Notes: a model not told the origin generated them from the letters alone. A stretch of DNA of 64,000 nt from Candidatus Woesebacteria bacterium RIFCSPHIGHO2_01_FULL_39_32 (GCA_001792345.1 MGGJ01000009.1:3711-67710); one strand, 5' to 3'; shown: positions 27,453-38,288, counted from the first letter of the stretch. Made by a program: numbers and translations.

Positions 27453-29009
27453 CTAGAATTCTGTATCTTTTGGTCTATACTGAAGTGCTTCGGCTAGATG
27501 GTTGAAGGAAATATCTTTTGTTCCTTCCAAATCGGCAATTGTGCGGGCAATTTTAATAATTTTAAAATAAGAACGTGCGGAAAGATTCATAGTTGCCGCT
27601 GCACTTAGTAACATTGTGCGACATTCGGGGGGTAGGGAACAGAACTCTTTTACATTTCTTGTGCTCATTTCACTATTACTTTTTAATTTAGTTGCCTTGA
27701 ATCTTTTAGTTTGTATATTGCGAGCTGACTGAACTTTCCTCTGAATATCTTTTGAAGACTCAGAATCATCTGTCTTACCGACTAACTTTTGTGTTTCGAC
27801 AGAAGGAACATCTACATGTAAATCAATTCTATCCAAGATCGGCCCAGAAATTCTTTTTTGATATCTTTGAATTTGTCCTGGCATACACTTACAGGCTCTT
27901 TTGGGATCTCCAAAATATCCGCAAGGGCAAGGATTGCTCGCTGAAACCAACAAAAACTGTGCGGGATAGGTAACAGAACCTTTCGCTCGTGATATTGTCA
28001 CAACCCCATCCTCCATTGGCTGCCGCAAAGATTCAAGAACATGTCTAGGAAATTCAGGAAATTCGTCCAAAAAGAGTACTCCTCTATGGGCCAGCGATAT
28101 TTCGCCAGGAGAAGGATTCGAACCACCTCCGATAAGACCAATTCTACTTGTCGTATGGTGTGGACTGCGAAATGGTCTTGTGGTTATTATCGCTTGACCA
28201 GGAGATAAATTTCCGGTTATAGAATAAATTTTTGTAACTTCTAAAGCTTCATCTTCGGTTAATCTCGGTAAAATTCCGGGAAGAGCGCGAGCTAACATAG
28301 TTTTTCCGGATCCGGGTGTCCCTTTCAAAAAAATATTGTGATTCCCAGCAGCAGAAATCTCCATGGCCCGTTTGGCATGTTCTTGTCCTATTATTTCTGA
28401 AAAATCAAACTCTGCCTGCGTTGTACTAAGCAAAGCTGAGAGACTAACTTTTGAAGCCGGAAGTATATCGATTGTTTTATTGAAAAATCTTACTAGCTCC
28501 AGAAGTGATTCGATAGAATAAACTTTAACTCCCGACACAACAGATGCTTCTTTTTCGTTAACTTTTGGGATAAATACTTTTTTAAAATTTTTCTCCTTTG
28601 CAAGATAGGTCATTGGTAATATTCCGTTTGTGTGTCGCAAATTCCCATCAAGTGAAAGCTCGCCAAAAAATAATGAATCGGAAACATCCGGTGCGATCTG
28701 ACCTCCCGCAATCAAAATTCCCAAGGCAATAGGTAAATCATAAGACGGTCCTGCTTTTGGTAAATCTGCTGGTGCTAAATTAACCGTAATCCTCGTTGAC
28801 GGAAAATCTGCTCCTGAATTTTTTATGGCAGCTCTAACCCTTTCCTTACTCTCCTCTACCGCTTTATCCGGAAGTCCTACGATTGTAAAAGAGGGAAGTC
28901 CATCTGCGATATCAACCTCAACGTCAATTAGAGTTGCATTTAACCCAACAGTTGCCCCGGAAGTAATTTTCGCAAGCATTAAATTTACTATACACCGAAA
29001 TTTATTCAA
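27453..29009 (-). CDS. comM: YifB/ComM family Mg-chelatase-like AAA+ ATPase
   Basis: Lon-like N-terminal domain. Walker A (GTPGSGKT), Walker B (LFLDEFPEF) and a C-terminal ChlI-like region. Confidence 0.8.
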   Translation of the reverse strand: MNKFRCIVNLMLAKITSGATVGLNATLIDVEVDIADGLPSFTIVGLPDKAVEESKERVRAAIKNSGADFPSTRITVNLAPADLPKAGPSYDLPIALGILIAGGQIAPDVSDSLFFGELSLDGNLRHTNGILPMTYLAKEKNFKKVFIPKVNEKEASVVSGVKVYSIESLLELVRFFNKTIDILPASKVSLSALLSTTQAEFDFSEIIGQEHAKRAMEISAAGNHNIFLKGTPGSGKTMLARALPGILPRLTEDEALEVTKIYSITGNLSPGQAIITTRPFRSPHHTTSRIGLIGGGSNPSPGEISLAHRGVLFLDEFPEFPRHVLESLRQPMEDGVVTISRAKGSVTYPAQFLLVSASNPCPCGYFGDPKRACKCMPGQIQRYQKRISGPILDRIDLHVDVPSVETQKLVGKTDDSESSKDIQRKVQSARNIQTKRFKATKLKSNSEMSTRNVKEFCSLPPECRTMLLSAAATMNLSARSYFKIIKIARTIADLEGTKDISFNHLAEALQYRPKDTEF

Positions 29010-30075
29010 CTATCCAACCATAGAAGCTCTTTTTACTACCGTCTTCAGCTATATCCTTACTACAAAAATATGATTCTCTTCCCAATATACCTAAGTTTAC
29101 TACTACATAACATGCAGAGTCTTTACCAGCTCCAATTTCTTGGAAAAGAGCATATTTAAAATCGGGTGAAACATCTACAAAATAAAATACCGTTTCATTA
29201 TTACTTTTCTCCAATACAATTTTTTCTGAAAATATATCATTTCTAATGTCATAGATTACAAATTCATTTTTCCCTAACCCCTCTGATAATATGATTTTTC
29301 CATTTACAAATTCGTAAGAAAAAACCTCGAAATCCTCCCAACCGGCTACTTGAATCTTCCTGATGGTTAACTCGCTCAAATCAATCAGATTCTCGCCTAC
29401 TAACAATCTATTCGAATCACTATCCAAAAAATAAGGATATAAACTAATGGTCTCTCTTGGAATAGTCAATTTCTCTAAGACTTTCCCGGATTCTAAATCG
29501 ATTATGCAAAACTCTTCCACAAAAAGAATACTCCCAATGTCTTCGACATTTGCTGAGTATATCTCTTGCCTTTCGGGACCATAATTAAGTATTTCACCAC
29601 AATTATAATCTGAAAATTTTCCAGATATTTTCTCAGATTCCTTTGTCTCCAAGTTAAGCATCCATAAATCAAAGCTTATATAATCGTTTTTGTAAGCTTT
29701 AACAAGCATATTTTTCTTGTCTTTCGTAAGAAAGACGGCTTCAGTAATAGTCTCATTATTTTTTATTTTGAATTCCTCGATCTCGTGTCTATATGTCCAG
29801 TCCATGCCGAAGTAAGGATTTTTTGTTGTAGTTTTAGAATATTTCTCTTCCCCATACTTTTTAAAAGTCTTACCATCAAAACCCACAACCACCGCTTCTT
29901 CCAAATTGGGACCTATTTGGGGAAAATATTCTGCAAAAACAAGTCCACTACTTAACTTCGAGTCTTTAATTGGAAATAATAAAGGAAGAGCTATAAATAA
30001 TATTGCAACAAAAACTATAAGTATCAATATTAACTTTATTAAATTTCTTACTCCTGCAATAATTTTGGCAGTCAT
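29002..30075 (-). CDS. Hypothetical secreted/membrane-anchored protein
   Basis: N-terminal transmembrane segment. Composition rich in beta-strand-forming residues. Confidence 0.45.
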   Translation of the reverse strand: MTAKIIAGVRNLIKLILILIVFVAILFIALPLLFPIKDSKLSSGLVFAEYFPQIGPNLEEAVVVGFDGKTFKKYGEEKYSKTTTKNPYFGMDWTYRHEIEEFKIKNNETITEAVFLTKDKKNMLVKAYKNDYISFDLWMLNLETKESEKISGKFSDYNCGEILNYGPERQEIYSANVEDIGSILFVEEFCIIDLESGKVLEKLTIPRETISLYPYFLDSDSNRLLVGENLIDLSELTIRKIQVAGWEDFEVFSYEFVNGKIILSEGLGKNEFVIYDIRNDIFSEKIVLEKSNNETVFYFVDVSPDFKYALFQEIGAGKDSACYVVVNLGILGRESYFCSKDIAEDGSKKSFYGWIVE

Positions 30076-30130
30076 TAATTTAAGTTATCACAATCCAAAT
30101 ATGTAAAGTGCCGACTCCGACTCTCCAACC

Positions 30131-30355
30131 CTAAAAAATTACAAAAAACATATAGCCTAGGATAAAAATGAAAGGCAGTGTACCTAAAACAAAGTAAAAC
30201 CGATACTCCCTTGCCATTTCTTCACCCAAAACTTTTTTAAATCCTTTATAGGCTAACCCAATAATCATTGAACCTGCCGCAAAAAATCCCATAACTGCAG
30301 TTGCCTTAACTATGGATAAAAATTCCGGTGGAAGTAAACCACCACTAATATTCAT
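30131..30355 (-). CDS. Small membrane protein
   Basis: Two transmembrane helices. Overlaps the next small ORF. Confidence 0.35.
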   Translation of the reverse strand: MNISGGLLPPEFLSIVKATAVMGFFAAGSMIIGLAYKGFKKVLGEEMAREYRFYFVLGTLPFIFILGYMFFVIF

Positions 30356-30671
30356 TTAAACCTCTGCTTCCAAAAACCCTAAGTACCAATCTTCCGTATT
30401 TTTCCAGGTCAAGTCTTCCAAAAAGAAAGTTAAAGACAAACAAGAAAAGAAGCAACGGAAGTACAGAAAAAACTAAAAAAAGCCACCAGAGGGATTTTGA
30501 TCTATACCCAAAAAAATTACTAAAAGCTTTATGGTTAAAATTCATCAAAAGTGTAGTAGTAGCAAGTAAGCCCGCAATCGCGCTGAAGCGCAAGAAAGAA
30601 AGTAACTCAGGAGGCAACCCTTTGACAACTTCCATTAAGGTAATTTTCTCACACGTTTCAATACCAAACAA
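30345..30671 (-). CDS. Small membrane protein
   Basis: Hydrophobic ORF of 108 aa. Confidence 0.35.
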   Translation of the reverse strand: MFGIETCEKITLMEVVKGLPPELLSFLRFSAIAGLLATTTLLMNFNHKAFSNFFGYRSKSLWWLFLVFSVLPLLLFLFVFNFLFGRLDLEKYGRLVLRVFGSRGLNEY

Positions 30672-30702
30672 CCATATCTGGAAATTTAAGTGAAAGGAAA
30701 GT

Positions 30703-32352
30703 ATGCTAAAAGTAATGAAGCTTCGTGAAGTCAGTAGTCCTGTTGCCTATTTCTGCGCTGAATTTGCCATAGATAACGAACTTCCAACATATTCGGGTGG
30801 CCTGGGTATTTTGGCGGGAGATGTTATGCATGAGGCAGCGCAGGAACACTATCCAATGGTTGGTATAGGAATATTGTATAAGGGCAAAGAGTTCATGCAA
30901 CACATAACTGGTGCTGGTCGCGAAGAACAAAGAGATTCGGAATTTGACCACGATACCTCTTTTTTACGGCCTACAACTATAGAAGGGAAGCCACTTATAC
31001 TGAATCTTTCGTTGGAAGCAAGCGTTGTTAAAATTAAGTCATATCATATAAGGCTTTCCGATACCACCCTTCTTTTTTTCCTTTCAACGGACGTGGATGG
31101 TAATCCTTCTGAATGGATTAGTGATATGGACGCGTTATATAAAGGGGACGTAAATAGTCAAATTAGACAACAAATTCTTCTGGGTGTAGGTGGTATAAAA
31201 CTTTTGAAAGCTCTTAGTATCACCCCCTCCTTTTATCATATAAATGAGGGTCGTCCCGCTTTTTGCATATGGGAAATTGTAAAAAATGAAATGGAAGATA
31301 AACAAAAATCTTTTGAGGATAGTTGGGAAAAAGCTATCAAAAAAATAGTCTACACAAACCATACTTTAGTTGCAGCAGGAAATCCTACCTATTCAATAGA
31401 ACTGATCGAACGCTGGGCTACACCATTTGCACGAAAAATGAAGGTAGATACAAACCTTTTAATCAAAGATGGACTAGTTGATCCCGGCACCTTTAGTATC
31501 TCCCAGTTCGCGTTGAATATCTCTAGCAAACACTCTAGCGTCAGCAAAGTACACGCAGATTACGCAAAAAGACAATATCCAGATTATAAATGGATAGCAA
31601 TAACCAATGGAGTATATATGCCCAGATGGCAGGATAGTGACTTTAGGGACCCTTCATTAACAGATAAGCAAATTTGGGATATGCATTTAGCCAAAAAATA
31701 CGAACTTATGGAAACTGTTGTAAAACGTACCGGGTTCGGTTACGACCCTGAACGACTGGTTATTACCTGGGCGAGAAGGCTAGCTGAATATAAACAACCT
31801 AAGGCTATTTTTAAAGATATTGAAAGGCTAAAAAAAATCCTTTCCAAAGCCGATCGCCCGATACAGCTACTTTTTGCAGGAAACACACACTCGGGTGATC
31901 CAAACGCAAAATCCATAGTCGAAGATATCATTAGTATTTTTTCAGGAGAACTTTCTGGACACGCAATTTTTGTACCTAACTACAATATATCTTTAGCAAA
32001 TCATTTTGTCTCCGGAAGCGACGTATGGCTAAATACTCCGAAAGGAAACCTCGAAGCTTGTGGAACATCGGGAATGAAAGCAATAAGTAACGGTGTATTA
32101 AACTGTACTGTCCACGACGGGTGGACATACGAGGTTGATTGGGAAGGAATCGGTTGGACTCTAGATCCTGAAAATGTGGCTGATAGTCTTTATAAGCTTA
32201 TTGAGGATGATATTGCACCCTCTTATTATCGGAGAAACGAAGAAGGTTTGCCCATAGAATGGATTGGTCGAATGCGAAAATCCATCGAAGTCTCAAAAAA
32301 GTTTAGCACTAAACGGATGCTTGAAGGATATAAAAAGCTACTTTACTGCTAA
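30703..32352 (+). CDS. glgP: Alpha-glucan (glycogen/maltodextrin) phosphorylase, short GT35 form
   Basis: N-terminal AYFCAEFAID...GGLGILAGD. PLP-binding lysine context (EACGTSGMKA). Confidence 0.8.
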   Translation: MLKVMKLREVSSPVAYFCAEFAIDNELPTYSGGLGILAGDVMHEAAQEHYPMVGIGILYKGKEFMQHITGAGREEQRDSEFDHDTSFLRPTTIEGKPLILNLSLEASVVKIKSYHIRLSDTTLLFFLSTDVDGNPSEWISDMDALYKGDVNSQIRQQILLGVGGIKLLKALSITPSFYHINEGRPAFCIWEIVKNEMEDKQKSFEDSWEKAIKKIVYTNHTLVAAGNPTYSIELIERWATPFARKMKVDTNLLIKDGLVDPGTFSISQFALNISSKHSSVSKVHADYAKRQYPDYKWIAITNGVYMPRWQDSDFRDPSLTDKQIWDMHLAKKYELMETVVKRTGFGYDPERLVITWARRLAEYKQPKAIFKDIERLKKILSKADRPIQLLFAGNTHSGDPNAKSIVEDIISIFSGELSGHAIFVPNYNISLANHFVSGSDVWLNTPKGNLEACGTSGMKAISNGVLNCTVHDGWTYEVDWEGIGWTLDPENVADSLYKLIEDDIAPSYYRRNEEGLPIEWIGRMRKSIEVSKKFSTKRMLEGYKKLLYC

Positions 32353-32354
32353 TT

Positions 32355-32771
32355 CTAGGATTTTATATATTTCTTAATTTTTTCAACAACCTGCTCAGGA
32401 GTCTGCATTGCTTTTACCAAATATTCTTTTACACCAAGTTTCATTGCTTTTTGCCGCTCCGTATCCTCGGCAAGATTCGTTAGTGCAACAACCGGTAAAT
32501 TTTTTCCCTTAGTACTTTCCCGGAATTTTTCCAAAAAATCAGTACCCGACATTCTCGGAAGCATGATATCCAAAAGGATTATGTCAATTGGTTCAGCGAG
32601 AGCCATTGTAAGCGCCTCTTCCCCATCCTTTGCATTAAGAACCTTAAATCCTTCAAAGGAGAACTTTTCAGTATACATTTTCAAAAGGACCGGATCATCC
32701 TCAACTATTAAAATTACCTGTTCAGGCTTTTGTGCTGACTCATTATTAGTTGGTTCCGGATGATCTGCCAT
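32355..32771 (-). CDS. Response regulator, receiver domain only (CheY-like)
   Basis: Acidic pocket (VEDD), phospho-acceptor Asp (ILLDIMLP), conserved T/S (ALTNL) and K (LVK). No output domain. Confidence 0.8.
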   Translation of the reverse strand: MADHPEPTNNESAQKPEQVILIVEDDPVLLKMYTEKFSFEGFKVLNAKDGEEALTMALAEPIDIILLDIMLPRMSGTDFLEKFRESTKGKNLPVVALTNLAEDTERQKAMKLGVKEYLVKAMQTPEQVVEKIKKYIKS

Positions 32772-32963
32772 AGTATATGCTCACACTAATATTACTTTTT
32801 GTCGAACTTATTTTCAAATAGAGAAATTACATTATCAAATAAAACATTGTGTGTAATTTCTATAGCATATATCACATTTTTTGTTTGATTTCAAAATGTG
32901 ACATCTGTGGGAGTTTTCGACAAACACTTGTGAAGAGTCGCAGCTCCAGTATACAATTAACAA

Positions 32964-33584
32964 TTGAGGGTTATGAAAAAACTTTGTTTCTTAATCTTTA
33001 TTCTCGCAGCTACCCTACTTTTTTTTGCAAAAACCTTAAAGGCATCTGAGGGAGTAATTGAAATTGTAAGCACAACCGATGACGTGTATCGCTGTTGGGC
33101 TTCCTCGGTAAGAATGCAAAATCAGGAATTTAGAATTCCTTTTACTTGTAGAAACCTAATCTATCCAGCAAATGATAATGTATTTAACTATGTAGCGTGG
33201 GCAACACCTCAAAACGGTGGCGAAACAATTAAATTGGGAGCTTTAGGTCTGGGAAGAGGAGAATTCAGGACCAAAAAAGCATTTGCCAATCTTTTCGTCA
33301 CGACAGAAAGGTCAAAAGATGTAAAAACACCTCAAGGGACTGTAGTTATGCGAGGCAACGTTGAATCCATAGAACCATTTTTCCAAGAAGGACCTACAGC
33401 TACTCCCACGCCTAGCACCGAAGGTGGAGAAGAAGAGTTGCAGCAAGAAGAACCAGAGCAGCCAAGCGAACTTACCACAAGACAAAAATTCCTGCTCGCA
33501 TTAAGACGAGCTGGTGTTGCAGCCTTGATTGCACTTGTGGCACTTGTTGGTTTAATCTTCGTGGTAACCAGGTCAAGAGGATGA
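32964..33584 (+). CDS. Hypothetical secreted protein with a C-terminal transmembrane anchor
   Basis: Signal peptide, an acidic E-rich linker and a C-terminal hydrophobic helix. Confidence 0.45.
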   Translation: MRVMKKLCFLIFILAATLLFFAKTLKASEGVIEIVSTTDDVYRCWASSVRMQNQEFRIPFTCRNLIYPANDNVFNYVAWATPQNGGETIKLGALGLGRGEFRTKKAFANLFVTTERSKDVKTPQGTVVMRGNVESIEPFFQEGPTATPTPSTEGGEEELQQEEPEQPSELTTRQKFLLALRRAGVAALIALVALVGLIFVVTRSRG

Positions 33585-35174
33585 CTCGGTAAGGGGTAGT
33601 TCAAACCAAAACGTACTTCCCTTACCCACCACAGAATCTACGTCAATTTTTCCATTGAATTTCTCAACTAAAAGTTTACAAATATATAACCCCAATCCTG
33701 TTCCTGTGGTTTTGCCAACATTTGTTTCTATCCTATGAAACTTTTGAAAAAGCTTTACCTTCTCATCTTCGGAAATCCCCGGACCAGAATCTATTACTTC
33801 GACGCGGACAGATTTTGGATTTGGTTGCCTTAGCTTCACTTTAACAAAACCCGTATCTGTATACTTAACGGCATTACTGATTAAGTTACCTATCACTTCT
33901 TGTACACGATCCGGGTCAACGCTAATTTTATCTTTAATTTCTGGCGGGATTTCAAGATCATACTTTAAACCTTTCCTTTCCAATTCGGGTGCAAATTGAT
34001 TAAAAACCGCTCTCACTACGCGCGATAAATTTTCTTCCTCAACCTGGTAAACCATTCTCCCCTCCTCAATTCTACTCACGTTAAGCATGTTATTAACCAG
34101 ACGAACCAGTCTATCAGTTATATTATTGGCATCTGCCAAAAATCCTCGAGCTTTTTCAGGGATATCTCCAGTATCACCCTCCATGACCATAGAAACATAT
34201 CCCTTGATAGCCGTCATCGGAGCCCTAAGTTCATGCGCCGCCATGGATATGAATTCATCCTTTTGTGCATCAAGTTGTTTTAGTCTCTGATTCAATTCAG
34301 CAAGCTTTTCTTTTTGTTCAATTTCTTTTGTTATACTTTTGATAAGGAGAATACTAAAAATCAATACAATTACAAAAATTGTCATATCAACAATCAATTC
34401 TCCTATAGATACATAAGTAAATATTTTAGCCAGAAGAATTAACAAAATTACTCCAACAAATAATTGTGTAGCAAGCAGTTTTATATTTAATAATTTGTGC
34501 TTAACTATGGCGTAAGCTATAAATCCAATCATTATTAAAGTAAAAATGGGTCCGAAAAATGTTAGCTTAATAGATTTGAAAACTACAACAGCAATAAAAT
34601 TGGTTAAGGTCATTAAAGAAAACGACACAAAAAGCCCAATAATAACAATTCCCAGCTGCCGTTTTAGTAATCCTTCACTTTTTCTATATCTGCGAAAAAG
34701 AATAATAAATCCCCATGTTAAAAAACCAATGAGGTTAACCGCATACAACACAATTGCAGGACCCGGGAAAAGTTTAAATCCCCCATCATTATCAGGCGAA
34801 TTCACTAGACCAGAGAATATATAAGGGGTAAAACTTAAAAGGGCTATTGCTATATTCAAAGTCAGCATAATAATAAGTAAGTTTCTTTTAACATTAATTT
34901 TCTCCCCTGGAATAGTCGACGATAGAAGAAATATTAAAGGACCAAGGGGAGTAGTAATAAACATTACTGACCTTACCCAAAGTAGGCGTATTGATTCGTT
35001 ACGAGGTAACAACGCAAGGTAATTAAAAACTGCCCAAAACATTAGAAGTGTTGCCAATATAGAGAGAAGTTTGTTACTCGCTGACTTGGGATTGTTTCGG
35101 TAAACAACAAATGCGATAAAAAGATCGGCAAAGATAGTAAAAATAACAGCTAATAAACCTAGGGCATCTAACAT
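33573..35174 (-). CDS. Sensor histidine kinase with a multi-transmembrane N-terminal domain
   Basis: H-box (SMAAHELRAPMTAI). HATPase N, G1 and G2 boxes (NAVKYT; IDSGPGI; GTGLGL). Confidence 0.8.
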   Translation of the reverse strand: MLDALGLLAVIFTIFADLFIAFVVYRNNPKSASNKLLSILATLLMFWAVFNYLALLPRNESIRLLWVRSVMFITTPLGPLIFLLSSTIPGEKINVKRNLLIIMLTLNIAIALLSFTPYIFSGLVNSPDNDGGFKLFPGPAIVLYAVNLIGFLTWGFIILFRRYRKSEGLLKRQLGIVIIGLFVSFSLMTLTNFIAVVVFKSIKLTFFGPIFTLIMIGFIAYAIVKHKLLNIKLLATQLFVGVILLILLAKIFTYVSIGELIVDMTIFVIVLIFSILLIKSITKEIEQKEKLAELNQRLKQLDAQKDEFISMAAHELRAPMTAIKGYVSMVMEGDTGDIPEKARGFLADANNITDRLVRLVNNMLNVSRIEEGRMVYQVEEENLSRVVRAVFNQFAPELERKGLKYDLEIPPEIKDKISVDPDRVQEVIGNLISNAVKYTDTGFVKVKLRQPNPKSVRVEVIDSGPGISEDEKVKLFQKFHRIETNVGKTTGTGLGLYICKLLVEKFNGKIDVDSVVGKGSTFWFELPLTESSS

Positions 35175-35246
35175 AGGCTTAATACACTATATCATTGAAA
35201 ACATTACAAAGAAAACAAAAGAGAATAGGGAATTCCCCGCAAATAC

Positions 35247-36665
35247 TTAAATTGAAAAATCTTCTTGTCGTTCCTGAGGTATTGAAATATTAAACAATTG
35301 TGTCATTATTTTACGAAGAATCTCTGATTTTCCACGATCAAATTCATCGACTAATGTTTTTGGAGCTTCGTCGCTATGAAAATTTTTACCACTCATATCC
35401 CTTCCACCTAGCTGAAACAAAACTAATTTGGCAGCAATTGCAGCAGATTCCCTCGAAGCTATTGGTGTTTGAGAGAAGTAAGGCACCAATCCAAGACGAG
35501 TAAAAAGAAGTTGAAGCCTATGGTCGTCAGGTAAATCTCTATTCACCATCATATAAATTGCACGAAGTTGATTTAAGGAAAATTCTAATCCTTGTTGCAT
35601 TGTTTCTTTTTCAACTCGGGTTAAGTTCTGATTAAACCAATTACCATTCCCTGGAATCTCTATTCCAACAAAAGGATCGCTTCCAGCGTCGGCAATCCAT
35701 AGAAGCGGTGTTGATGGTAAAAACTTCTCGGAATAGGTCCGTGTATTTACTTTTCCTACAGCGCTATCTATAACTTCAAATAGAAATTCTAAACCCTCCG
35801 ACATGTCTTCAATCTTAGTATCGAATTCGCCTTCTGTTTCTTGTTTGGAAAAAATAACGTTTCCCGGAACACCCAAGTATTTACCATAAGGGTTTCTTCC
35901 TTGAAGTGTCCGCATTAAAAGGAGTGCTTTAGGCAAGCCAGAATTTCTAAAATCCCCCATACCTCCTGGAGCTCTTGCGATATCTTGTGGATCAAGCTTC
36001 CCTTTGTCAAAAGCAGTTATATCCTCAGCTCCTAAACATGCTAATAAATCCAGTTCCGTCGCAACAACACTCGCTCCGATGCTTCCTATTTTTGTAACCC
36101 GCAATGTGTCAATGTAAGAAAAAGGTATAAGACCAAGAAGTCTAGATTTATTCAATATCCTATTTTCTTCAGGACCAATATACATAAATAGCTCTTTCTT
36201 TAAAGGATCCCAAATAAATCTTGAGTTTTTCTCTACCAATTCAGGATCTTCTCTGTAAGGCTGCGTGGCTGAAGCAAGAATAGCCAAATCATCCGCAATA
36301 GGACCTATCTCTACTACCGAGCGTATTTCTTCCTGTGATATTCCTTGAGTTTGGGCTGTTATTTGTTGTGTTACTAAATCAAGTATTCCTTCGCGTGTCC
36401 TAGGAACTCTTTCATACATTGCAGCGTGTTTGAAAAATTGCTCTACTCCAGTAAGATAGGGTCTCAAAATATCATCTCGGGAATTTACAGCTTCTTTCGC
36501 TAATTGGACTAACTCATTTCTTCCTTCAGAAGTCTGATGATCAACAACTCTTAGTTGCCATTTGAGTGGATCCAAATCTGGTTCACCAAGAAACTTATCA
36601 ACGGCTAGTTCCTGAATATCTTGTACACTTTTTAATATCCAACCTTCTTGGTCAATCCGAGACAT
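35247..36665 (-). CDS. Hypothetical protein (472 aa) of unknown function
   Basis: ORF. The only faint motif is IGSIGASVVATELDLLACLGAEDITAFD, which might reflect a degenerate Rossmann/E1-like nucleotide-binding segment. Speculative. Confidence 0.5.
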   Translation of the reverse strand: MSRIDQEGWILKSVQDIQELAVDKFLGEPDLDPLKWQLRVVDHQTSEGRNELVQLAKEAVNSRDDILRPYLTGVEQFFKHAAMYERVPRTREGILDLVTQQITAQTQGISQEEIRSVVEIGPIADDLAILASATQPYREDPELVEKNSRFIWDPLKKELFMYIGPEENRILNKSRLLGLIPFSYIDTLRVTKIGSIGASVVATELDLLACLGAEDITAFDKGKLDPQDIARAPGGMGDFRNSGLPKALLLMRTLQGRNPYGKYLGVPGNVIFSKQETEGEFDTKIEDMSEGLEFLFEVIDSAVGKVNTRTYSEKFLPSTPLLWIADAGSDPFVGIEIPGNGNWFNQNLTRVEKETMQQGLEFSLNQLRAIYMMVNRDLPDDHRLQLLFTRLGLVPYFSQTPIASRESAAIAAKLVLFQLGGRDMSGKNFHSDEAPKTLVDEFDRGKSEILRKIMTQLFNISIPQERQEDFSI

Positions 36666-36703
36666 AACTGATTATAGGACAGTATAATTAATTCCTGCAT
36701 AAT

Positions 36704-37723
36704 TTAAGTAGCAATCGATTCTAATGAGGGAAGCTCAATTTGCCTTCTGGTGAAGTATTCTAACGATTTTTGTAAGAACCCATTAGTATCGAAAGCCCCA
36801 ACTATTATTTGTCCCTGATAACCACCGATTTCTGAAGGACCATAATGGTATCTTAAAATTGTTTCCAGAATTTGAGGTGTGGGAATAACGCCATCTCTGT
36901 CTGCTACTACCCGTGCCCCGAAATGTCTCCTAACAAAATCTGCTGTATCTCTCCTGTGAATATCAAAAACTGCTAGCTCTGGAGTCACTAATCTTCCATT
37001 ATTTCCGCTTGCTAAAACATAAGCCAAAGGCATTGCAGCTATAACATCGGCTGGAGTTGAACGTCTATCTACTCCCAGCGTTGTGGTGATATCAGCTCTT
37101 TGTGCCCAATATCTTGTTATACATACTGCATTTTCTTCTGGAACTTCAAGTACAGTTGTTTCAAAATCTCTATTTATATCAACTAGATTAACTGCCTGGA
37201 AGGTGGGAAGGGTGGAATTATTATCAAAAGCCGAAATGTTTACTAACCTATCCCCACGACCGTGAACAATACGAGTCCCTGCTATAGGCTTTATTCCCTC
37301 TTGAGTTTCGTATTCAACAATGATTAGTAAATCATCAGACGAAAAATCTCCCATAAAAAGCCTGAGAAGTTCCTGTTCCGATTCTAAATCTCCTATCGGA
37401 AAACCTTTACCCATAGTATCTTGATGTACGTAATTCCATGCTAGCTCTTGTATCCATGCTGCTGTTTTTCGAGTCGAATATGCTCCTATTCTCCCCGCTG
37501 TCATTTTCAAACTTCCTAAATTTAAATAAAAAGTTGGTTCTTGCTCTCTTTCGGTGAAATTGTAATAAGGATTCGCTATTGAAAATCCGTCGGATAAATC
37601 AATATGGTAACCTAATAATCCCTCGAGCTCATTATCGGAGTAGAAGGGAGGAGCCGAAAATCCGGCAAACTCTTGTCTTGGTACTGCTTGTCTTAACTCG
37701 GTCTTACGGTCAGTTATCATCAC
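36704..37723 (-). CDS. Hypothetical protein (339 aa) of unknown function
   Basis: ORF separated from the upstream ORF by 38 nt. No motifs recognised. Confidence 0.5.
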   Translation of the reverse strand: MMITDRKTELRQAVPRQEFAGFSAPPFYSDNELEGLLGYHIDLSDGFSIANPYYNFTEREQEPTFYLNLGSLKMTAGRIGAYSTRKTAAWIQELAWNYVHQDTMGKGFPIGDLESEQELLRLFMGDFSSDDLLIIVEYETQEGIKPIAGTRIVHGRGDRLVNISAFDNNSTLPTFQAVNLVDINRDFETTVLEVPEENAVCITRYWAQRADITTTLGVDRRSTPADVIAAMPLAYVLASGNNGRLVTPELAVFDIHRRDTADFVRRHFGARVVADRDGVIPTPQILETILRYHYGPSEIGGYQGQIIVGAFDTNGFLQKSLEYFTRRQIELPSLESIAT

Positions 37724-37912
37724 CTATATTTTATATTACTCGAATAAGTAAAATGATTTGTCAGAAGTTTATGAATTTTACACCTATAATGAACTACAAA
37801 TCAAACTCCTGTATTATTCGATAATCTACTTAACATTTCTTTCTCTAAAAAGATATTCCATTAGTATTGTTTTGTAAAAAATCATTGATATTTTATTAAA
37901 CTAGTCATAACA

Positions 37913-38221
37913 TTGGCTGAAATGAGTCCCGAAGCTAGACTTCCGACGCCAGAAGAAGTTCAAAAATTTAAATCCAGTGTCAATTTCAAGAATATCATGG
38001 ATTTAGATCCACACGACCAAACGTTATACCAGCTAATGGTGGAGTCAGAATTCGGTATTGTAACAATACCCTTTCAAGGACAAATCTGTGGACTCCAAGC
38101 ATCCCAGGAGAGAGATCGCCTAACCCTATCATTTCTTGAAGCGGGGATAGCAACTAGCACCTTTATAATTACAGACGTAGAAAGGGATATTGTACTTTTA
38201 GTTGTAGGGTTAAACCGCTAA
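37913..38221 (+). CDS. Small hypothetical protein
   Basis: ORF of 102 aa. Confidence 0.35.
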   Translation: MAEMSPEARLPTPEEVQKFKSSVNFKNIMDLDPHDQTLYQLMVESEFGIVTIPFQGQICGLQASQERDRLTLSFLEAGIATSTFIITDVERDIVLLVVGLNR

Positions 38222-38288
38222 TTATCTATCCACAGTAATTGGGTCGTCGATTTCACCAGTTGCGGAAGCGTGGAGGGTGAAGTTAAGT

